Origin: the human T2T-CHM13v2.0 reference genome, Homo sapiens
Direction: 5' to 3' (one strand)
DNA length: 64,000 bases
Assembly (NCBI RefSeq): GCF_009914755.1
Contig: NC_060932.1
The notes under the pieces were generated by a model. The model was not told the origin of the DNA, did not search any database, and saw nothing but the letters and a program-made list of their open reading frames with translations. How positions within the stretch are numbered: position 1 is the stretch's first letter; the number at the start of each line of letters is the position of its first letter. Positions 44,442 to 58,400 of this stretch are shown here, in pieces. The position numbers and the translations under genes are program-made.

Positions 44442-45764
44442 TGATTTGCCATCTTTGAGTCTCAGTTTCTACATCCATAAAATGGGGAGACTGCCTTTTG
44501 TGATCTCTAAGAAAATCATGTTGATCTAAAAATCAGTGATTTAAAAATGGATTCCGGTTTGATGGAAGAAGCTACTGTGTCCAGCAGCAAGCAGTGAGGC
44601 CTGAGCTTCTGGGAAGACAAGCAGGGGGAGGATGGTCCTGGGGACTCACCAGCACCCTTTGGAGGCGCCAGTCCAGCCTGGGTCCAGGTGAGGTGAGGAG
44701 GAGAAGCTGTAGCAGGACTTTTGCTGCTAAGCCGAAGGAAGGACAAAAACCAAAACCAAAAATATATAACGTGGGAGTGGGTGGAGTGCATAAGACTTCA
44801 TTAGACAATCCCTGAAAGACATCAAATATCACAAAGGAACCCTAGCCAAAGGAAAAAAAGAGGATTGGAAATTCTTTCAGGAGCCATAGCCCAACAAAAT
44901 GTTGGGAAAAAAGGACGTAGAATAGACAGAGGCAAGAGAACGCAGAGAACAGATGGCAAAAGTAGAGCATTTTATAAATAGCCACGTGCAATGCAGACTG
45001 TTAACAGCCAATATACTTAACTCGGGCCACAGATCTTGACTTCTTCCTGGAATAAGATACGTATTTTTGGAAAACGGGGCATAAGAAATTGGCTCATGTG
45101 AAAGAAAGCTGTATGCATTTGTTTTACACTTTAGCACATTTTAAACTGCCTTTCACGTAAATAGAAAATAATTAACACAGATATATATCATCCAAGTAAT
45201 AAGCATGACATGGCAGAGATTAAATTTTTTTATCCAGATTTAACCTTTGGAAGATAAACATGGGCTCCGAGCTGCACCCTCAGTTATTCTTCATCAATTT
45301 TAATTTAGAAGGTATCTGTCTCCTCTTAGCTGTCTGAAAATATTATCCAATATTTTTGGTGTAAAGTGAGTATGCATTTGGGATACATAATGCATAATGC
45401 TTGCCCCCGTAGCCAGCTGTCAGAGGGATTCACTTGCAAACTTCTACTCCATCACTGTGGAGAGAAATATAAAGTTATCTCTAGAACTAACGATCATTGG
45501 TTGGGGAAACTGTGACTCCAGGGACACCTCATTCTTCTCCCTTCACTACTCAAAGTGCTATTGCTGCCAAACGGAAATGAAGCCAAGTTCTAGCTCTCTC
45601 CAGATGGTAGAGGATGTTTTATCAATGGAAACAATGAAAAGCCTAGGGAAAGTGGGGTGCAATTCTTATAAAATGTATGGGTTACCATTACTAATTTGGG
45701 TAAAGAAAAAAAGTGTTCTAAAGTTCTACTGTTATGCTTCAACTCCTGCTAACTTACTGAGTAG

Positions 45765-46123
<359 letters not shown>

Positions 46124-46472
46124 GGTACATTTTCTTTTAATGCGGACTTTCTGTGAAAAGTTTAAAAGGGAAGGACTAGGAAGAACTGAAGTTTCCCGCA
46201 CCTTTACTTCAAAAACAAAATCCCTCTGCTAATGATTTTAGAAGGAGTGATGCATAACGTAGTGGAAAGAAGATTCAACTGACAGACAGGAGACAGGTCT
46301 TGTCTTGACTTTGCCACCAACTAATTCTATGATGTTAGCCAGGTCACTTAAATTCCAACAAATTCAATTTCCTCTTCTATCAAGTAACAAGTTAATCTTT
46401 AAAATGTCTTCCAACTCTAACAGTCTTGATTCTGGGCAACAGGATGTTAGTCCTTAGCTATATATCCCTCCT

Positions 46473-46830
46473 TCCATTTTAGCTCACATTGCTATAACAA
46501 AAATACCATAGACTGGGTGTCTAAAATAATAAACATTTATTTCTGCAGGTCTGGAGGCTGGGAAGTCCAAGATCAAGGCACTCACAAATTTGGTGTCTGG
46601 TGAGGGCCCACTTCCTGGTTCACAGATGGTAATCTCCTTGTGTCCTCACATGATGGAAGGTGCAAGAGAGCTCTGAGGGTCTCTTTTAAAAGGACACTAA
46701 ACCCATTCATGTAGGCTCCACTTCTATGGCGTAATCACCTCCCAAAGGCCACATCTCCTTATACCATCTCACTGGGGGTTAGGGTCACAACATACAAATT
46801 CTGGAGAACACAAACCTTCAATCCATAATA
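46473..46830 (-). mobile_element. MLT1A/MSTD-like MaLR LTR
   Basis: gctataacaaaataccatagactggg...gggaagtccaagatcaagg...taatcacctcccaaaggcc. Confidence 0.82.
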
Positions 46831-47059
46831 CCTTCCAAGTTTCTCCCTTCTTGGTTAACTGCCTGAGCTCTGCACCAGATAATGCAAAATACAGCCACTT
46901 TTCTACCCATGAGTGAATTACTGCTTAAAAACAGATGACAAGTCCTTTTGTCCAGAAGCTCAAAGTGAAGTTATCCATATGTTTAATATGTACACATCTA
47001 TGTCATCTGTGAAAAGTTAAGTTTCAGGAAAGAACTGTGGAATAAATGTGCAAAACCAA

Positions 47060-47560
47060 TGAGGAAAATTCTTCTAAAAACCAAGAACAATGGGAGTAAT
47101 CTAGTCCCTCCAAGGAGTTAAATATGGTATAAAGCTATAATAATTAATAAACCATACTGATGTATAAATAGAAAGGAAAATTGGAACAGAAGAGAGAGTC
47201 TAGAAATAAATCCACATACAGAGGAGCATTTAGTATAGAAAAAAGGAAGCTTTGCATATCAGTGGAGGCAAGGAGGATATATCCGTAAACAAGTAGCTAT
47301 TGGGAAAAAATAAACTGGATCTCTAACTCCCTCTTGACACCAAAATTAACTCCAGATACCTGAAAGATCTCAATATTTTTTAAAAAGAAAAACAAAATAA
47401 AAACCTTTATAAGAGCATTAGAGGAGCTCTTGGGAGAGTGTTTCAATGTAGGAAAGACTCAAAATCCAGAAGCCCATGTAAAAAGGGAAGAAGAAATTTG
47501 ACTACATAAAACATTTTTTAAATGTCTGCATGAAAAAAACTCATAAAGTCAAAAAATGGA
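47060..47560 (+). mobile_element. L1ME ORF2 3' fragment
   Basis: tggaacagaagagagagtctagaaataaatccacacataca, caaaattaactccagat, aaatttgactacataaaa. Confidence 0.7.
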
Positions 47561-48626
47561 TGATATTTCTAAGTCTACTACCATCAAGTAAGCAAAATGA
47601 CCTTGCCTTGTGGTAGAGTTGCAGCTCATGGAGTTGAGTTCAAATTAGGCCGGGGGCTCTGCTAGTTCTGAGCAAGTGTCTGATCCTCAAGTTCCCCATC
47701 TCTAACATGGGCATGAAAAATGGCTCCTTCTTCGAGGTTTTCATCAAGATTACATGCAGCAGTACCTGACATGGAATGTTCACAGCCATGCAGAGTAACT
47801 ACTAGGAGTTCAGTTCCTGCAGGTGGTCTTTGCTCTACCTCTCAATTTCAGTACAGCGCAATGAGAAATGCTTTGAAAGTACAGAAAAACAGAAGTCACG
47901 CCCAGCGGGGAAATCAAGAAAGGATCCTGAGCATGAAGCATAGGACCAACAATCAGAGAATGAAACCACACGACATAGGCAAGCCCAAGTCCCACGGAGA
48001 GCACATCACATCTCCAAACAGGTGCCATGGAGGACACTGTGAGACACAGCAGGTTAGCACTCAAGACAGTCCCCCAATTCACCCATGAGGCATACCATCA
48101 GCACATCTCTATTTGTAAATGGAAATTCTTTGCCCCTGTAGTCTATATTTGGTTTTGGAATTGTGCAAATTGGTAGACTCATCACAGAAAGATCAGTGCC
48201 GACCAGATGCCAGCTATGTGATTCATCAGCTTTCTGTAATCCCAGCATATTAGAGCTGGAATAATAAAGAAAAATGACTACCATTTATTTAGCATCTATT
48301 CTCTGCCGGGCACTATGCCGGGCATACCTATCCACATGCAGTCAAATATTTATGAAGCACTTCTCAGGGCTCGTTGCTGTCACAGGAGCTGGAGAGAATC
48401 ATACCTGACACTGCCCCTGACTGTAGCTCTCAGAGCTCAGCAGGGTATATGGGCCAGCAGTAAAATGTGATGAGTGCTGAGGGGACACAAAGAGGGCACC
48501 TAGCCATGCCTGGGGCTCAGCCAACACTTTCAAGGGGCAGTGCCTCAATGCTGGGGGCTGAAGGAGGAAGAGGACAATGGAGGAAATAAGATGACCTCAA
48601 CAGAGGGAGTGACAGCTGAAAGGGAG

Positions 48627-49339
48627 TGTCTTCAATTTATTTAATGTAGTTGCTGCCTCAACATCCATTTTTAAGCCAGGCATAAGTTGTCTAAAACTCA
48701 GTTGTACTCTGCCACTTTTGTCTACTTTCCTTTCTTTTATTTATTTATTTATTTATGTAATAAGAGAGTGCATAGAGCTGACCTGCCACGTTTGGCCTAG
48801 TTAAAACATTCCCTCCCCATGTGGTTGTTTGTGACATGGCCCTCTTGTTCCTCATCCCACTGACCCAAAACACAACATATCCCACAACTACTGACCATGA
48901 TACAACCTAATGGTCAATGCCAGAGTCATGTAAATAAGTTCCCCCTCATGTACATATTTTTTTAAGTAGCCAATCCACACCCCTCTTGGGAAGCCTAAGA
49001 AATAATCCCCATGAACCTTAATAAAGCTTAATACAGGCTCAATGAAGGCATAGTTCCACAGGTTCTCCTCTCTCTCTCTCTCTCCACCACTAGTTGAGCT
49101 CCCTGCCACCTCCAGATTTCTCGTCTGCCTCCAATCAACACCCCTGACCTTGCTGGGACCTGCGAGTAATAAATTTCTTCTGTTTCATGAATTTTGGATT
49201 CACTTCCTCATTGTGTCTCACCTGACACACAATTACCAAACAACTTTCCTCCTGGCCAGGGCAGAGCTAAAGCTTATGGCCACTCTCCAGAAAGCAACCT
49301 CAAGACCAAATTAGAAACAGAAAAAAAGTCCTAACAACA
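48627..49339 (+). mobile_element. MER74-like ERVL LTR within L2 sequence
   Basis: aatgtagttgctgcctcaacatccatttt...tttggcctagttaaaac...cactgacccaaaac; AATAAA near 49168; caagaccaaattag end. Confidence 0.8.
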
Positions 49340-49803
49340 GGAATCACAACAGGAAGCACAGTAGGTCAAGGAAATCAAAGTCCCTTAGTCTGGCGAGAGC
49401 CGTGAGTTCAGGGTTGGTGGGAAGAAATGAGGCCTCAGAGGTCAGGAAGCCTGGCTCCATCTAAAGGTCACTGGGGAGTTACTGAAATGTTGGAATCAGG
49501 AAAGGGGCATGTTTAAAGTTGGGTTTTGGAAAGACCTCTTTGGCCCTTCCAAAAGTGGAAAATGAAATGGATGGACAGAAGCAGCCTTGGAGGGTGGGGA
49601 GAAGTGGGTGTCCTGGAGACAGCAGAGATGGGGTTTGTGAGGAAGAGGGAGGAGTCACAGTTAAGGCCAGGGCCTGCCTCCTTCCTCCTGCCCTGGACCT
49701 AGTAGTCTAGGGGCACTATTTAAGAACTACCAGCTTTGGAATCTGACAGAGGAGGCTCAAATCTCATCTTCACCATCCTCAAAGTGACCTCAGGCAGGTT
49801 CTT

Positions 49804-50141
<338 letters not shown>

Positions 50142-50917
50142 GGCAGGTTCTTAAAGCTTAGACGAGTTCCTAAAATTGATAATACTTTTAGTATTGTGCT
50201 ATATCATAGTTCCTCTCACTATTAAACACATAGCAAACATCCAATAAATGATGGTCATCATTATATTTATTAATCAAAACTATGCACATATGTTTTAAAA
50301 TCAATATACATTTAAATACTCCAAATATGATTTATATTCATATCATTCTACATATTACATGTATTAGGAAGTATACTAATTACAATAAAATTGGCAGCTT
50401 TGAAAGGAAAACAGCAGTCACAGGGGTCCCGTGGGTGTGGGTTGAAGGAAGCACGTGCTCCCTTGTCCAGGTGTTAGTGGGCGGGAGAGACCAAGGTTTG
50501 GTGCTGAGAATGTCTCCGAGCACTGCAGCCACCACTTTCCACAACCTCTCCAGCATCTGTTCCCCACCTCATTTTCTTCCCAGTTCCACCCCTCAGCCGG
50601 TCATTTACAGGTGGATGCCTCATATTACCTCTCTCATAAGACCATGTTCTGGGACTGCACAAATAGTTCTGGTCCCCTGGGCCTCTCCATGCCACAGTGG
50701 TAATGCAGTGGGGGCACAGAAATGGGCTCAGCTGGAGGTCCCACGACCTCCTCCTTCCTTCACTCTTTAAGCCTCTGTTTCCTGATCTGTAAATGTGGCC
50801 AGTAATGACCTCATAAGACGGTACTGAGCACTAACCACAAAGCTCCAAAAGCCATTCTGGGAACATAGTGAGTATTCAGCAAACGTTAACTAGTCTCACT
50901 TGAAAAAAAAAAAAAAA

Positions 50918-51236
50918 CCAGGTATCTACTTATGTCTGTAGTCCCAGCATTTTTGGAGGCTGAGGCACGAGATCACTTGAGACCAGGAACTCAAGACCAG
51001 CCTGGGCACCATAGCAAGACCCCCATCTCTACAAAGAAGGTGAAAATAAAATTAGCCAGGTGTTGTGGCTCGCCCAGTAGCTAGCAGTCTTAGCTATTGG
51101 GGGGGCTGAGGCTGGAGGATCACCTGAGTCCAGGAGCTCAAGGCTGCCATGAAGTGTGATGCCACTGCACTACAGCCTGAATAACCGAGCAAGACCCTAT
51201 CTGTAAAAAATAAAATAAAATAAAATAAAATAAAAT
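50918..51236 (+). mobile_element. AluJ
   Basis: Diverged dimer with (TAAAA)n tail. Confidence 0.9.
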
Positions 51237-53349
51237 ATCTAATCTCCAACTTTAACAGCTTTATATTTCAGAAGAACGAGGCACTGAGCTTTTATTATGC
51301 ATTTTAAAAATGGAAATAACTTAATGCTGATATTAATTATCTACGGAATGAAGTAAAGGAATTTTCCCTCCACGTTAACTGGAACTTTCCACTCCACGCA
51401 AAGCATAATGAATTTAGCCTTTACTCTCCAGCCTGCAGTGATGCTGAGAGCTCTGGCTTCAAAGGAACAAACCGAGTCCTCATCACAGCTCTGTCCGTGG
51501 CTAACAGCTCTTTCTGAGTCTCAGCCGATACCATCTTTCAAGTGAGGGATGTGAACTAAAACGGTCACACGTGCAAGGCCACACAGCCCTAGCACACAAT
51601 GGGGGCTCTGTACGTCCTTCCTGAGGAAGCAGGCAAATCTCAATGTGTAGATTTAAACAGCGAGACACAGAGAAGTGAAGTGATTGAGACAAAATCAAGG
51701 AGCTCTCAGTAACAAGGCCAGGATGAAAATTCATGATCCAATCTTTGGTTTCCTCTTTGGCCCTGTCTTTAACTAACTCACCAATTCTTTACTCTAAAAC
51801 CCATAGTCAGAAGAAAATGGAAACAGGACAATGCATTTCCTTTGGCATCAATTGCTTTTTTATCTCCAAGCACCATTTAGTTCTGTTTCCATAGCTCCTG
51901 GACATTGACGTTTTGATCTGAAGTAGATCTTAACTCTCTGTCCCTTTTCTAAACCAAATGCAAAGTAACAATTTCATGGCTCCGGTCTTTCTTTATCATC
52001 TGAAATAAGCCCTTGAAGACCACTGCAGTGAAGCCATGCTATTTTTTAACAATATTGTGTTTAGTGATTTGAAAACTCTTCATTGAGACAGTTTTGGCAG
52101 TGTTCATTTTTTATTTCTTTGAGCTCTAACTCATTCTCCCCCTGCTTCTGATCATTCTCATAGCTGTCTCAGGCCTCCTCCTTTGCAGGTCTTTTGTGTT
52201 TTGTAGGCATCCCACCAGATTGTTCATTTCTCTTCCTGCCTAGATGGGTTTCTGCAGCTTCTTTATACCATTGTTAAGAACACTAGTAGTTTTATTTCTA
52301 TAGTTGTGTTTTCTCTAACTTTGTAAATTTTTTTGATAAATGTGGTTTTGCTTTGTCACTCTGAAATGATGAATGGACCAGGATGAGATGTTATTTCCCT
52401 AACAAAACAACTTACCTTTTTTTCCGGGATTTGTTTGGAAATCCATGAACAACATCCATAAAGCAATAAAAGAGAAATTAAATTAAGTAGTTCCACTATT
52501 TAGGCATTTTTGTTTTATTTTTATATTTATTATTCTCATTTCCAATGTGCTAAAAATTAAGTGTTTACCTGTTGCTGAAACAAAATCATTCATGATTACA
52601 CTAGATTCTTTTTCACTTAATTATTATTTTTGGATTGCTAGAATCTCTCTTGAAATAAACAGGAAGTGAGGCCCAAACTTCTGCTGCAACTGGATGACAC
52701 AGAGGCTTCTTATCCCAACCTGCCACCTGGACACCTTAACAGAATCAAAAGCCATGAGCATGGGGTTGTGGCCAGTTTTTATGAAGTTCTGCTGGGAGCC
52801 AACACCCTCTCTGGGAGACCATCCTGGGGAGTGGATATGTCAAGAAGGATCCCTAATTTTCTGAGATAAGGAAAACAAGAGTACTAGCAAGTTTGGTTTG
52901 GGGCAAAGGTAAATTGTTTGGCGCATGTTGAGATTGGGAGCTTGTGGGACAGCCAAGCATGGAAAGTTGAGTGTAAGAGCATGGAGTTGAGGACAGAGTT
53001 GTGGGTGGAACATATGGACATACCATCAACCATGATACAGAAGATAAGGGAAACAACAGGCAGACAGATGCCCGGAGGTGGAGCAGACCCATGACAACAC
53101 TCTGAGGACCATCAATATTGCTTTGAGGAATGAATATGGAAATAAGAATAACCAATGAAAATCTAAAAGGATGAATCTGAGAAGTCGAGGTAAAATCAGA
53201 AGAAGAATGTATCAAAAAGAAAAGCAGAAGAAAGTGAGTCAAGAAAGAAGGCATTAAGAATGAAAAATGCAACAGAGAGAAAATAAGGACTGAAAAGTAT
53301 CAACTGGTATTTTTATTGAAATATAATTCACATAGCATAAAATTTACTC

Positions 53350-53648
53350 TTTTTTTTTTGAGACACGGTCTCACTCTGTCACCCAGGCTGGAGCACAGTG
53401 GCGAGTGGCATGGTCTTGGCTCACTGCAACCTCTGCCTCCCAGGTTCAAGCAATTCTCCTGCCTCAGCCTCCTGAGTAGCTAGGATTACAGGCGTGTGCC
53501 ACCACACCTGGCTAATTTTTGTATTTTTTCAGTAGAGACGGGATTTCACCATGTTGGCCAGGCTGGTCTCAAACTCCTGACCTCAAGTGATCTGCCTGCC
53601 TCTGCCTCCCAAGTGCTGGGATTATAGGGGTGAACCACCATGCTCAGC
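53350..53648 (-). mobile_element. AluSx-like
   Basis: Dimer; TSD aaaatttactcttt / aaaattcactcttt. Confidence 0.95.
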
Positions 53649-54344
53649 AAAATTCACTCTTTTAAAGTTTACCATTCAGTGACTTTTTCTATATTCACAA
53701 TGTTGTATAACCATCACCACAATCTAATTCCTGACTATTTTCATCACTCCAAAAGAAAACCCATACCCATTTACAGTCACTTCCCATCCCCTCCCCTATC
53801 CCACCACCCCACCTCCCTGCAAAGCTGCTGGCAACCACTAATTTATTTTCTGTCTCTGGATTTGCCTGTTTGGGATATTTTATGTAAATGTAGTCATACA
53901 CTATGTGACCTTTTGCATCTGGCTTCATTCCTTTAGCATATTTTCAGGATCCATCCATGTTGTAGTGTATATCAGTACTTCATTCCTTTTTATGGTTGAA
54001 TAATATTCCATTGCATAACAACTTATTTTTACAGTTGTTATAGTGTATTTGCTCGGTTATATTCAAGAAGGTGTGAAACCCCTCCCGAGGGTATAAAAGA
54101 GAAAAGTAGGGAAGTTTATTCCTCTTCCCTGAGTTCTGTTTCAGCTACCTGCTACAGAAAGCTCTGCTCTCCACTGCCTACGTGGAGACGGGGTCAACAA
54201 AGCAGTTGTCAGCCATCACATCCAATAGGAGCATACATAGAGCCCATAGGAGGATTCAGAGACTTCTGAGGGCACATATCATATGTACCCTTTATGGTTT
54301 CTCATTTTTGTATTGTTTAGACATTATTCTGTCAATGGTTTTTT

Positions 54345-54671
54345 ATTATTATTTTTTAAGTTCTAGGGTACATGTGCACAACGTGCAGGTTTGTTACATA
54401 GGTATACATGTGCCATGATGGTTTGCTGCACTCATCAACTCGTTATTTACATTAGGTATTTCTCATAATGCTATCCCTCCCCCAGCCCCCCACCCCACAA
54501 GAGGCACCGGTGTGTGATGTTCCCCACCCTGTGTCCAAGTGTTCTCATTGTTCAATTCCCACCTATGAGTGAGAACATGCAGTGTTTGGTTTTCTGTCCT
54601 TGTGATAGTTTGCTGAGAATGATGGTTTCCAGCTTCATCTATGTCCCTGCAAAGGACATGAACTCATCCTT
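54345..54671 (-). mobile_element. Short L1PA (about L1PA4-7) 3' UTR
   Basis: tctagggtacatgtgcacaacgtgcaggtttgttacata...; TSD ttctgtcaatggttttt starting at 54327 and 54672. Confidence 0.95.
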
Positions 54672-55869
54672 TTCTGTCAATGGTTTTTTTAGGTTCTTTT
54701 CAGTTTGAATTTATTACGAATAAAACTGCTATGAAAATTCAAATACATGTCTTTTTGTGGACATTTAATTTCTCTGGTAAGTACCTAACAGTAGAATTGT
54801 TGGGTCACAGATAGTGGTATGCTTAATTTTATAAGAAATTGGTGCATAGTTTTCCAAAGTCGTTGCATAATTTTTTCCTCCCACAGCAATACAGGAGTTC
54901 TAGATCCTCCAGATCCTTACCAACACTTGGTATCACTGGTTTTTAAAATTTTAGTAAAGTGGTATCTTGTTGTGGTTTTAATTTGCATTTATCTAATAAC
55001 TAGTGATGTTTGATTATCTTTTTGTTTGCTTATTGAACATTTGTAGTCTTCATTTATGTATCTGTTCAAGTTTTTGGTCATTTTTTAAAAAAATAATTAT
55101 CTTATTTTTGAGTTCTAGGCATGAGACCTTTGTTATACATATGCATTGTGAATATTTTCTCCCAATCTGTGGTTTGCCTTTTTATTGATTTAATGGTGTC
55201 CCTTGAAGAGCAGAAATTTTTAATTTCGATAAAGTCCAATTTGTACATTTTTTTCTTTTATTCTTGGAGTGTTTTGTGTCTAAAAAATATTTGCCTATCC
55301 CAAAATGATGAAAATGTTTGCCTATCTTTTTCTCTTTGTTTAGCTTCTATATTTAGGGCAATGATACATGTCAAATTAATTTCTGTACATAGTGTGAGAC
55401 ATGGGTTGCAGTGCATTTCTTAAAAATTTCGTTAAACCAGCTCTAATTGCTGAAAATATTCTTTTTCCACATTTATTACTTTGGCACTACTGTTGAAAGT
55501 CAGTTGATCATATATATGTGAATCTATTTGTGGAATCCACTCTGTATGTGTATTCTAACACCAATAGTAAGGCTTGAAATCAAGTAGCTTAGATCCTTCT
55601 ACTTCGTTATTCTTTTTCAAAATTATTGTGCACTTACAAACAGATGTTAGAATTAGTTTGTGAATTTCTACCTTCCCCACAAAATAAAGCATTCTGGGAC
55701 TTTCAAAATCGGGATTATGTTGAATTGATGGATCAATTTGGGGAAATTTTGCATCTTATCAATATTGAGTTTTCCAAAACATGAACATGGTATACCTCTC
55801 CATGTACATAGGTCTGTTTAAATTTCTCCTAGCAACGTTTTATAATTTTCAGTATAGTGGTCTTACACA

Positions 55870-56797
55870 TGTAATGTACATTGACTTTTGGGAGTATTTG
55901 ATTCTACTATGAAAGATGAAAATGTTTGTAGTTGGTAACATTGGCAAAAACTTTAAACATTAGCAAAAACTTTTAAAGTGTTTTAAGTATAGATAGCATA
56001 ATAAGCAAAATCTTTGTTAGAACAGACAATTCACAAGAGGTATTATACAAGATAAGTAGTTACAAAGTAAAGCATGTGCGTACCCAATGTAAGAAGAAAA
56101 GGATGGAAGGTGCAAAACATGCCTAACATTCATGAGGCACCAGGATACTAAATATTCATGATACACCAAATGTCATGGAGGTGTATTCAGGATACACCTC
56201 AGATAAATATTCAGGAATTATTAAATATGTATGAGACATATGCAGTGCTAAATATACAAACAGCACAAACTATTCAGGATACATTAAATATTCATGAACA
56301 CTCAATATTCAAAAGGTCTTGATTTACCACCCATTAATGACATCCATTTTGGCCCCAAGAAAAACAAAACCCATGGCTGTTCAGCAAACTAATAGCAAGT
56401 TAAAACTGTGGCCAGGTTTTCTTGTGCCTGCATCTCTCCAACAGAGCAAGCATGTGTTACTAGCCCAGGACACCTTCTGTCTTTTCCCCTCTTGCTCAAA
56501 CTTCAGCTCTTGTCCCTCTAATCATATCAGAGGGGAAGGCTGATTAAGCAACAGGAGAGACAGGACAAGTGAACATAGCATGGCCCAGGATCCAGACAAT
56601 ATGGTTCTTCTACTTACTTGCCTCCTCACCAAAGTATATTAAAATACCCCAGATCTTTCTCCTTGATTTTTTGGTTTATGTTATTAATTAACTAAACAAA
56701 GCATGTGATTTGGGTTTTAACCTAATGTTTTAATTTGGCCTGTGAACACTTGTTTTGTGATGTCTAGGACAGCATCAGAGTCATTTCCCAAAAGACA
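55870..56797. mobile_element. Unclassified LTR-like insertion in L1M
   Basis: TG...CA termini; host L1 sequence resumes on both sides; subterminal inverted repeat TGACTTTTGGGA / TCCCAAAAGACA. Confidence 0.55.
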
Positions 56798-57975
56798 GTA
56801 TATCTTTTGCTAACTTATTCCTAAGTGTTTCCTGGGTTTTGATGCTATTATAAAAGTAGTTTGTTATTTCATTTTCCAATTACTTGGTGCCAGTACATAG
56901 AAATACAGCTAGTTTTTATACATTGATTTGTGTCCTGTGACATTGTAAAATTCACTTATTAATTCTAGAAATTATTTTGAATTTTTGTTAGATCTTTTTA
57001 AGGATTTTCTATGTATATAATTATGTTATCTGTAAAGATGGTATTACTTTTTACTTTCTAATCTATGTCTTTTTTATTTCCTGCCTTATTTCACTGTCTA
57101 GTCATTAGTTTTAAATAGAAATGAGTAGAGTGCACAACCTCACCTTGCTTCCTGTCTTAAGGGGAAAGTGTTCAATATATCACCACTAAGATGTTAGCCA
57201 TATCAAATTGAGAAATATATTTTCTGCTGTGACGTGGCAGAGAACATTTCTCATGAATGGGTGTTAAATTGTATCAAGTGCCTTTTCTGCATCTATTAAA
57301 ATGAGCTTGTAGCATTTCTTTTTTATTCTATTAATACGATGAGTTGATTGGTATTTTTCAGTGTTGAATCACCTTTCCATTCCACACTTCATGATGTATT
57401 ATCATTTTATATATTGCTAGAGTACACATGTTAAAATTCTGTCAAGGATTTCCACCTCTAAAATCATGGAGAATATTGGTCTGTAATTTTCTTTGCTGTA
57501 GTGTGTTTGTCAGATTTTGGTATCAGGCTTGCATCATTTAAGCTGAATCTTATATGAAAAGTAGAAGTTCTTCAGGCTTATGAGGAGAGTATGAACATCC
57601 CTGACACCTTAAGAACACCTACTATATTACAGTCATCTGACTTGCAATATCTCCACCTAATTCCTCACAAAAATCCTGTGAGGACTCTATTGGTATCTAC
57701 CTTTAATACATGAGGAAAATGGGACGTAGAGAAGACAGGCAGTTTATCCAGTGTTACCCAGTCAATGAGGGGTGAAAGCTGGTTGTCAGACTTCAGAGCC
57801 AACATTCTCCTCCTATGACATGCTTCTTCCTCAGCTTTATCCTCCCAACAAGCCTTTGAGGCAAGTTTCTGAGGCTCAGGATGGCAAATTACCTGATCAA
57901 GTACCCAGTGTGTAGGTGTTTGACCCAGGTCCTTTTGTCTTCAGAAATAGATGACATCAAAAATAATCAGTATCT

Positions 57976-58400
<425 letters not shown>

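Larger units (their letters stand above)
53311..57540 (-). mobile_element. Old L1M (L1MB/L1MC-like) 3' portion, interrupted by four insertions
   Basis: ttttattgaaatataattcacata 3' end; antisense ORF2 motifs (gtggttttaatttgcattt, gatcaatttggggaa, gattttggtatcagg). Confidence 0.85.

Noticed and set aside
50282-50770. 162-aa ORF (also 2727-3134, 47720-48088, 45397-45771, 52853-53272)
   Set aside because: No recognisable domain or exon structure; lengths are compatible with chance in 64 kb, and some overlap L2 or MIR relics.
52410-52490. Perfect minus-strand donor AAG|GTAAGT at 52416
   Set aside because: The upstream pyrimidine tract ends in tttatg with no AG, so no internal exon can be defined.
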